Assembly: GCA_013416795.1 (NCBI GenBank) | Contig: RQSC01001135.1 | Span: forward strand, 41,070-105,069 | DNA length: 64,000 nt | Source of the DNA: Prasinococcaceae sp. CCMP 1430 | Taxonomy: Eukaryota; Plantae; Prasinodermophyta | Direction of reading: 5' to 3' | Shown: positions 10,181 through 18,227 of the stretch, one piece after another | How the letters are laid out: every line of letters starts with the position of its first letter | Numbering within the stretch: the first letter of the stretch is position 1 | The notes under the pieces: generated by a model | The model's database searches: none | Told to the model about the DNA's origin: nothing | What the model saw: only the letters and a program-made list of their open reading frames with translations | Made by a program: the position numbers and the translations under genes

Positions 10181-11275
10181 ATGGTGCGCTCGCGGCGCAC
10201 TACGGCGCTCGCGCTCGCGCTCGCGCTCGTGGTAGGTGCGGCGGCGGCAGCGGTAGCAGCGGCGGCGGCGGCGGGGGGAGCGAAGGTGGCGGCCGTGAAG
10301 GGCGAGGCAGCATTCGATGCGCTTGGGGGCGGCGCGACGGCGCGGCCTGTTCTGCTGCAGCTGCGCTCGCCGCGGTGTGGCCTGTGCCGCAAGGTCGACG
10401 CGCTCTTCGCCGCGCTCGCCGAGGAGCATCCGCGCGTCGCCTTTGCGTCGATCGACGTCGCAGAGGAGCCCGAGGTCAGCGCGAGGCTCGGCGCGAAGTT
10501 CACACCCGCCATCTTCTACATCTCGCGCGGCCGCGCAGTGCAGTACGACCCGGCGTTCTCGCCCGAGCTCGAGTTCTCCGAGGAGGGATTGGGTGCGTTC
10601 CTCGCGGGGCCCGCTGACGAGATCGCACGCGCGGCAGGCAAGCCCTTCCCACCGCCGCAGCTTGCGCCCTTGGCTTCGGTGGCGACCGCCGCGTGGAGGA
10701 AGTTCGCTCCGGCGGCGTGGGCGGCATTCGACGCGGCGTCGCGTGCGCGCGCGGCCCTCGTCGCCATGGGCGTGCCGTCCCAGCTGGCATACGTCGCTGT
10801 GCCGCTGGCACTCACCGTGTGGGCCTTCGTGGCGGTGGTCGCCGCCGCGTGGGTTGCCAGCGCTCGGGCAGACGGGCGCGAGCCAAGCGCGGCTGAGGCG
10901 CGCAGGCGGCGGCGCGAGCGCGGAGGGCGCGCGTTGCCAGACCCGGAGGAAGAGGAGGGGGGCGAGGAGGAGGAAGGAGCGGCCGTGAGCGAGGTCGGCG
11001 CCGGGACGAGCGCAGCCACCGCTTCGTCGCAGCCACCGGTGCGCGCAACGGCCAGCGGCGAGGGGCCGCGCCGCAGAGGCGGCTGTGGCGGCGCTTTGCC
11101 CAGCGGCGGCATACGCACCATGCCAAAGTCGTCCTTCCACTCGCAGTCGACGCGGGCTTTGTCTGCGGCGAGCATCGAAAGCAGCTCAGTGAGCCCGTTG
11201 TATGCGGTCCAGCTGAGCGCAGTGTCGTTTTCGCAGTCGGTGGCAGCCGGGTCGGCCCCGTGCTTGAGGAGGTAG
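10181..11275 (+). CDS. Signal-peptide plus thioredoxin-fold (CGLC) single-pass membrane protein (TMX-like); 3' end uncertain
   Basis: Hydrophobic N-terminus, PVLLQLRSPRCGLCRKV, FASIDVAEEPEVSARLG..FTPAIFYI, TM segment LAYVAVPLALTVWAFVAVVAAAW, then basic and acidic tail. The ORF runs on into the antisense ankyrin exon. Confidence 0.75.
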   Translation: MVRSRRTTALALALALVVGAAAAAVAAAAAAGGAKVAAVKGEAAFDALGGGATARPVLLQLRSPRCGLCRKVDALFAALAEEHPRVAFASIDVAEEPEVSARLGAKFTPAIFYISRGRAVQYDPAFSPELEFSEEGLGAFLAGPADEIARAAGKPFPPPQLAPLASVATAAWRKFAPAAWAAFDAASRARAALVAMGVPSQLAYVAVPLALTVWAFVAVVAAAWVASARADGREPSAAEARRRRRERGGRALPDPEEEEGGEEEEGAAVSEVGAGTSAATASSQPPVRATASGEGPRRRGGCGGALPSGGIRTMPKSSFHSQSTRALSAASIESSSVSPLYAVQLSAVSFSQSVAAGSAPCLRR

Positions 11276-11770
11276 GCTGCGCACGCGGCGTGGCCTGACT
11301 GTGCGGCAATCGTGAGCGGCGTGGCCGCCCGCGAGTCGCGCGCGTTGACGCTCGCGCCGCACCCGAGGAGTGCGTGCGCTGCGTCGACCCTGCCAGACGA
11401 GCACGCCCAGTGCAAGGGCTGCATGCCATGCTGGAACGTCGCCGCGTCGACGCACGCGCCCGCATCAATGAGCACGTGAATGACGCTCACGTGGCCATTC
11501 TTTGCAGCGAAGTGAAGCGCGGTCTGCCCCTCTGCATCGACGCGACGCACGAGTGCCGTCTGCGCCTCATGCGTACCCGCCTCGCGCAGCAGGTCGCGTA
11601 GCGTCGCCTCCTCACCATACCCCGCCGCGTTAACGAGCGCCGAGTGCCGCGCGCCTTCTGCGGCCGCGGCCGATGCCGCACTGTCGGTGATCGCATCGCC
11701 CACACCCGCGCCCGGTCCTTTGGGACGTGTTAGCTCGCCCCCCGGTGCATGATGTTGCTCATCCTCCTCT

Positions 11771-11805
<35 letters not shown>

Positions 11806-11871
11806 CTGCTGCTGCTGCCCCTTTTTCTTGCGCGGCGGGAGCGCGGGCAGCCCGCCGCCGCCGCCGTCCAT
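11119..11871 (-). CDS. Ankyrin-repeat protein, N-terminal exon (resembles the ankyrin region of TIP1/AKR1-type DHHC palmitoyltransferases); downstream exons not found
   Basis: Repeats DAEGQTALHFAAKNGH, HGMQPLHWACSSGR, DSRAATPLTIAAQSGH, DCENDTALSWTAYNG. Poly-Q N-terminus. GTGCGT donor after DDFGM. Confidence 0.75.
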
Positions 11872-11909
11872 CGCCGCAGCGAGGGGGGCGGGGCGTGGGC
11901 GCGGGGGGN

Positions 11910-12061
11910 GAAAGCCCCGGGCGTGAGTGAGTAACTCGGGTCAGACAGCGGGATTGCACCGATAGCAAACCCGGCTGATAATTAAGGTCAGGGTCTGGGG
12001 TATTGAACCCCATCCCCGTCAGCTCTTAAGGGTAGGGTCTAAGGTATGGAACCCCAACACA
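11910..12061 (+). repeat. Left 152-bp direct repeat of the composite element
   Basis: Matches 13893-14044 with one mismatch seen (CAGACAGCGGG vs CAGACAACGGG). Confidence 0.92.
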
Positions 12062-12330
12062 AACGACTCCTAAGGGTAGGGTCTAAGGTCCCGGACCTTA
12101 ACCCGACTTAGGGGAAGGGTTCAGAGAATGGAACCCTGGGCACCTTGTGACCAACCGCTGCGAATCCAGTGGAACCCACCCCTCCTCGTTCATTTTGACG
12201 TAGGGGAGTTCCGCGTGTGAGATATTTTTAGAAGGGCGGTAGGGTTGTGTGCCAGAGCGTGTGCAGCGTGTGCCCCCCGCGCCCTACGCAGGAGCACAAC
12301 GCACGCCGGCCACAGAACAGAAAGCCGAAG

Positions 12331-12837
12331 ATGAGTGGCGGCATGACGATGATAGGAGGCAACCTCATCGACTGGTCTTCAAAACACCAGCCTTACGTCA
12401 CCCTGCACAGCGGCGAAGCCGAGGTCGTGGCTGCATCGAACAACGCGACTTCAATGAGATACTGGCAGCAGCTCACCGACGAGATGGGCATGAAGGCGAC
12501 CAACTCCATGATACGAGTGGACGCCACTGTGGCCGAGAGATTCCTCAGCCAGCCGCTCCATACCAGCCAGATGCGGCACGTCAATACGAAATTGCTTTTC
12601 GTACGAGAACATGTCAAGGCACGCCTGTACGAGTTCGGACACGTCGACGGCACGGTCAATCCGGCCGACGCGCTCACGAAATCGCAGGGCGGGAGCACCA
12701 TCGAACACCTATATGGCGTGGTGCAGTCGTGCAACACGCACAGACAGAGCGGACGCAAGTCGACTGCAGACAGACACAGCAGAGACGACAAGCGTGGCCG
12801 AAAGGCCAAGAGAACCAGACACACAAGCATGAGATGA
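12331..12837 (+). mobile_element. Ty1/copia Pol C-terminus (RNase H) fragment
   Basis: SGGMTMIGGNLIDWSSKHQPYVTLHSGEAEVVA...MRHVNTKLLFVRE...NPADALTK follows the copia RNase H pattern (W-x-SKKQ, S-x-EAE, ADxLTK). No RT or integrase upstream. Confidence 0.85.
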
Positions 12838-12989
12838 GACATGCAGCTGTGACCAATACAGACACAAGAGCATGAGACGAGACATGCAGATGTGACAGAC
12901 CCAGACGCAAAGTGTGAGACGAGACACACACGCGATGCAGCACGAGACGAGACGTGCAGAGAGATCCCTTAACCCCAACACAAACGACT

Positions 12990-13235
12990 GGCGTCTCGGC
13001 GCCTCCGGGTATGTCGTACCTGCCGCACAGCGGGAGGTCAATGTTCGCGTCAGGCGCGTGGGCCGTCGCCAAGGACATGGTGCAAATATGTTTCATTGGC
13101 GGGTGGGCGCCGAACTCGGCTACGGTCGGCAAGCACTACATCGACCCCACGTACCCGTGCGACGAACACGCCTTGTTTTTCTTTGGCTGGCTTCGGGACA
13201 GCCCCACTCGGGGCACCCCGAATACCAGCGACTAG
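12990..13235 (+). mobile_element. C-terminal fragment of a tyrosine recombinase of the DIRS/PAT/Ngaro retroelement type
   Basis: PHSGRSMFAS (H-x-x-R box), ICFIGGW (H/W position), KHYIDPT (catalytic Tyr) and FFFGWL. This layout is remembered from chlorophyte YR retroelements. Confidence 0.72.
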
Positions 13236-13892
13236 AATGGCATCAAGGCAGGGTACACTACAAGCGTGGTTGGGCATTTTGGCTACACCGAGTTTGTAGA
13301 TTAGCACCCAGCTGCGCACGCCCCCATGCGTTTTGATAGGGACGGTTCCCCCAGCGCGCGTGATCCGCGCGGGATCCGTTTTCGGGGGCGTGCCACTCTT
13401 GCTGCTTTGCGCGCTGCGCGCGCAACAGCAGCTCCGCGTGCTTAGGCACGCGAGAGTCACCCACGGTGAACACTCCCCTCTCGTGCGCGAGAGGGTTATC
13501 GTGTAAGACGGGGCACGCGTGAGCGCGTGCACTGTGCTACGGGGCGCGTTCGCGCGCTCTGAGTAGCAGCCTGCCCACATGTCTGACGCCGAGGACGGGG
13601 GGGCACCGTCCGCGGCTGAGGAATTCAGGGCACTGACCGCCGCAGACACGCTCATGGGCGCAACATGGCCGCGTTCGGACGACGAGTTGGAGACCGCGCG
13701 CGACCTGTTGTCCACCGTGGTTACGTGCATGTCCGGCAGTCGGGGCAGTTCGTGTGATGATATGTAGCTCGCATGCTACATAATGTATCGTCCTCACCTA
13801 GTCTCCCGTGGTCAGTCTAGACAGTCATTTACCTGATGACCTACCCCAGGTCTGAGTGGAAACTACACTGGGTTGAAACCCCCAGCCGGGTT

Positions 13893-14044
13893 GAAAGCCC
13901 CGGGCGTGAGTGAGTAACTCGGGTCAGACAACGGGATTGCACCGATAGCAAACCCGGCTGATAATTAAGGTCAGGGTCTGGGGTATTGAACCCCATCCCC
14001 GTCAGCTCTTAAGGGTAGGGTCTAAGGTATGGAACCCCAACACA
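13893..14044 (+). repeat. Right 152-bp direct repeat of the composite element
   Basis: Copy of 11910-12061, cut by N at 14045. Confidence 0.92.
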
Positions 14045-14238
14045 NCAGCGGCGGCGGCCGCCGCCGGGCCCGCCCTCGTCGCGCGCGCGCGCGCGCGCGC
14101 GGGCGCACCAGAGAGAGAGGGAGAGAGACAGAGAGGAGGAGCGCGCTTCGTCCGCCGGGGAGGAGGGAGGGGGAAGTGAGCAGCGCGGCGCCGCGCGCGC
14201 TTGCGCGCTTGCGCTTGCGCGTGCACGCGCAGAGGCCC

Positions 14239-15018
14239 ATGTCGGCGATCTACGCGACCGAGCCCCCCCCGCGCGGGCGCGTGGTGCTCGCCACGAGCTT
14301 CGGCGAGCTGGACATCGAGCTCTTCAGCCGCGAGGCGCCGCGCGCGTGCCGCAACTTCGTGCAGCTGTGCCTGGACGGGTACTACGATGGCGTGGCCTTC
14401 CACCGGCTCCTGCCGGGGCTCATGCTGCAGGGCGGCGACCCGACGGGCACCGGGGGCGGCGGCGACTCGGCGGTGGACGGCGGCGCGCCCTTCCCCAACG
14501 AGTGCCACTCGCGCCTCAAGTTCACCCGCCGCGGCCTCGTGGGCTGCGCGGGCGGCGCGGGCGCCGGCGGCGAACGCAACACCTCGCAGTTCTTCATGAC
14601 GTACGCGCCCGCGCGCCACCTCGACGGCGCGCACACCATCTTCGGGCGGCTCGCGGGCGACACCGTCTTCAACCTCATGAGCACCGAAGAGGTCGCCGTG
14701 GACGAGCAGACCGACAGGCCGGAGGTCGCGCTCACGATCCTCGGCGCAACCGTGCCCGAGAATCCGTTCGAGGACGGCCGCGGGGCGATCACCGCGCAGC
14801 CCGGCCGCTGGCCGCACCAGGTGCGCGCCATTGAGGCGGAGCGCGCGCGGAAGGCGGAGGCCGTCAAGCCCAAGGCGCCGCGCAAGAAGCAGCTCAACCT
14901 GCTCAGCTTCGGCGACGACGCCGAGGAGGACGAGGAGGAGCTCGACGAGCTCGGCGGTGGGGGCGTCGCGTCGAGCCATGACGTGCTCGCCGACAGGCGG
15001 CTGCTCAAGGGCGCCGCG
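14239..15018 (+). CDS. CWC27: Spliceosomal cyclophilin CWC27 (CYP57-like), C-terminally truncated
   Basis: MSAIYATEPPPRGRVVL..., RNFVQLCLDGYY, FHRLLPG.MLQGGDPTGTG, HSRLKF, NTSQFF, HTIFGRLAGDTVFNL, NPFED, KQLNLLSFGDDAEE, SSHDVLADRRLL. The sequence then switches to antisense GSIII. Confidence 0.9.
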
Positions 15019-15972
15019 AGGCCATACTGGGCGGCAGTCTCCTCGATGATCTGCATCACGACCAGGTTCTGGTCAGTCTGCACGCGGCAGTCGCCGAAGA
15101 GCGGCGCGAACTCGTACTGGTTGGGGGCGACCTCACGGTGGCGAGTCTTGAGGGGAATGCCAACCTTGTAGCACTCCTGCTGGATGGCCTGCATGCACTG
15201 CAGCACGGCCGTCGAGGACGTGAGCGGCGCCATGTAATGGTCGCACATCTCCTGGCCGCGCGCGGGCGTCTTGCCAATCAGCGTGCGGCCCACGAACTGC
15301 AGGTCGGGGCGCGTGTAGTAGGCGTCGCGCGGGACGAGGAAGATCTCCTGCTCGAGGCCGATGTTCGCGATGATGCCCGAGCACTCCACGCCCATCGCCT
15401 TCAGCAGGCGCGCGCCCTCCGTGGAGAGCGCCTCGCAGCTGCGGTGCAGCGGCGTCTTCTCATCGAGCGCCTGGCCGGTGTACGCCATGAAGGCACTCGG
15501 GATGAACATGACATCCTCGCGGCAGAAGGGCGGCGAGAGGGGGTCGACCGCCAGGTAGCCACCGGCGGTGTGCGTCGCGCGCAGGCCGCCGTTCGGGTAC
15601 GAGGAGCCATCGGTCTCGCCAGTCAGGAGGTCGCCCTGCGCGTGATGCACGCACGTGCGCGCGGAGTCAGCTCCGTGCCTCCGCGTCGGCGAGCGAGCGG
15701 GCGGGGCAGCGGGCGGGCGGGCCTCCGGGTGGAACGTGGCAGGCTCCAACGTGCGCGCAGGAAGCGCCCGCGATCGCGCGCGGGCAAGCACGCGCACGCA
15801 CCGCGTCGAACTCCCAGGAGGGCGTGCCGTCCGCGGCGAAGTTGAGCATGGAGATCTGCACGCCCGCGGCGTTGCCGTGGCGCACGCCGGTGCTGCCGAG
15901 CGGCTGGAACCAGTGGCAGTACGACGTCGCGCCCCGGTCGACGGCCCAGTCGCGCATCGCGGCGGCAACCAC
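15011..15972 (-). CDS. Glutamine synthetase type III, internal fragment (exons 15972-15802 and 15635-about 15011)
   Basis: MRDWAVDRGATSYCHWFQPL, GETDGSSYPNGGLRAT, ALDEKTPLHRS, GLEQEIFL, RPDLQFVGRTL, GQEMCDHYM, GIPLKTRHREVAPNQYEFAP. The GT-AG intron is in frame. 5' end at N16012 and 3' end fused to CWC27. Confidence 0.9.
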
Positions 15973-16043
15973 TTGCAGGCATCAATGCAGTGCGCGCGCG
16001 TCAGTGCCGGGNGGCGCGCGCGGGGGTTGCGGCGTCAAGGGCG

Positions 16044-17995
16044 ATGGCGTCGTCTTCGCACCCCTGGGAGGGCCTCTTCCGGCTGGCGGACGCGGTGCGC
16101 GCGCGCGCGGGCGCGCCCCCCCCACCCCCCCCCCGCCTTTTTCGCTCCCCTCTCGCATCGTGCGGCGGGTGTGCGGCAGCGCCGCGCGCGGCCGCTCCTC
16201 TTTTGCCGCCGCGCTGACCCCCCCTCCCCCAACAACAACAACAACCAACAACAACAACGCACGCACCGCCTCCGATCTGCCGTAGGATGGCGACGGCAGG
16301 GTGAGCGGCGGCGAGGCGGTGGCGTTCCTGCGCCGCAGCGGCCTGTCCCAGCAGGCGCTCGCGTCGGTGTGGACGTTCGCGGACGAGGACGAGGTGGGCT
16401 TCCTCACGCCCCGGCAGTTCTACGCCGCGCTGCGGCTGATCGGGCTGGCGCAGAGCCTGAAGGGGGTGGCGCTCACCGCGCCGATGGCCCGCCCCGTCAT
16501 TGCGGAGTCGGTGGAGGCCCCCGCGCCGACGCTCGAGGGCGTGGAGGTGCCGCCGCTGCGCTCCGAGACCGAATGGGCGCTGCGCGCGGAGCAGATGGAG
16601 CAGTACTCCGCGCTCTTCGCCAGCCTCGACGACGACGGCGACGGGAGGGTGAGCGGCGCGGAGATGGTGCCGATCATGACCCGCTGGGGCCTCCCGCAGA
16701 CCGTCAACCGCCAGGTCTGGGACCTCGCCGACGGCGATGCGGACGGATACCTCGACGAGCACGGGGTGTGCGTCGCTCTGTGCTTGCTCGAGGGCGCCAA
16801 GCGAGGCCGCGAGCTCCCCGCGTCGCTGCCCGCGTCGCTCGCGGAGCCCGGCGCCGCCGCCGCCGCGGCCGCCGGGGCGCCGCAGGGGGGTGCGGCCCCG
16901 CGGCCGCCGCGACCTTCGGGGGGCTTCGCGTTCGGCCAGGAGGCGGCCCGCGACGCCGCGTTCGACCCGCACTCCAGAAAAGAGACGACGACGACACTCT
17001 CGGGCGACGGCGTCGGCTTCGGCGCCCCCTCTTCCAGCCCACCCCCGGCGACGTTCGGGGCGGACTTCGGAGGCGGCGAGGCGCCAAAGCAGCAGCAGCA
17101 AGAGCAAGAGCAAGAGCAAGAGCAAGAGCGGCAGGCGCGCCCGCCGGCGCCCGCCGACGCCTTCACCGACGCCCCGACGACCGACCTCGCCCCCCAAAAC
17201 GACGCGCCTCCCCCTTCCTCGGCGGCCGCCGTCGCCGCGGGAGACGCCGGCGTCGCGGCGGCGGAGAGGGAGCTCGAGGCGCTCAGGGCGGACGCCAAGG
17301 GCGCAGCCGCCGCCGCGAACGGAGGAGGGGGCGCCGAGGCGGTCGGCGCGCGCATCCGGGCGCTCGCCGCCCAGCTGGACGAGCTGCACAACATGCTCGG
17401 CCTGGGCAGGCTCGCCCAGGTGCCGCGCCCGCAGCACCCCCTGTTCGACAGCCCGGCCTTCTCGCTGAAGCTCTCGGCAGCGGGGGCCGGCGCGGCACCA
17501 AGCGCGGGCGCCCGGCCCCCCGCGGCGGCGCCCCCGGCTGCCGGCGCCGAGCTGGGTGCCGCGCCCCCCAACCCCTCCCCCCCACATGGCGTCGACGTCG
17601 ACGCCTTCGCGTCCCTGTCGTTGGGCGATTCGTTCGGGAGGCTCGGCGCCGCGCCGCCGACGAGCGCGGGGGCGCCGTGGAGCTCGGGCGCCTCCTCGGG
17701 AGACGGCGGCGAGCAGCCGCCGCCCTCGAACGCCTCCTCCGCCGATGCGCCCCCCACGTCGTCCGGCCCCGCGTCCTTCGGCGCTGGCAGGCCGCTGGCA
17801 GTCTCCTCGTCGTTCGGCGACCCGGGCGCGCCCCTCGACGACGACGCCTTCGGCGCCATCGACGCCCCGCCTCCGCCCGCGCCTGCGGGCGGGGGCGCGC
17901 AGCAGCAGGCGGCGGCGTCCGACGCCTTCAGCGCCTTCGACGACGCCTTCGGCAGCGCGCAGGCCGACAAGACCGGCGACATCGTGGCGTTCTGA
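16044..17995 (+). CDS. EH-domain (Eps15/EH1-like) endocytic scaffold protein; exons 16044-16094 and 16286-17995
   Basis: Spliced LFRLADA-DGDGRVSGGEAVAFLRRSGLSQQALASVW. Second EH: LFASLDDDGDGRVSGAEMVPIMTRWGLPQTVNRQVWDLADGDADGYLD. Short coiled coil and DAF/F-rich tail. Confidence 0.85.
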
Positions 17996-18227
17996 CGGGC
18001 CGGCGGCGCGGGCGTGTACCAGTAAACTTAGGAGGAAAGACACATTTTTGCTAAAACACCCCACGAGCAAGTGGCGCGCGCTCCTCGCCCGCCGCGCCCG
18101 CGGCGAAGGCGGGGGCGCGCTCGCGAGCGACGCGCGCGCGCGCCATCGGTCGAGGTCCGTGCCGTCGGGGGGCTGATTACAATGGCGCGAGCTGCCGGGC
18201 GGCGGCCTCGCTCGCTGGAGCGCCTCG

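Larger units (their letters stand above)
11910..14044 (+). mobile_element. Composite or degenerate retroelement unit bounded by 152-bp direct repeats; contains copia RNase H and tyrosine-recombinase fragments
   Basis: Lower GC than flanking genes, N at both ends (11909, 14045), terminal direct repeats, two TE protein fragments and a hairpin-rich non-coding segment. Confidence 0.8.

Noticed and set aside
13868-13903. GTTGAAAC/GTTGAAAG words resembling CRISPR repeat ends or tRNA T-loops
   Set aside because: Only two copies about 18 nt apart, with no spacers and no cloverleaf. Kept only as TE stem-loops.
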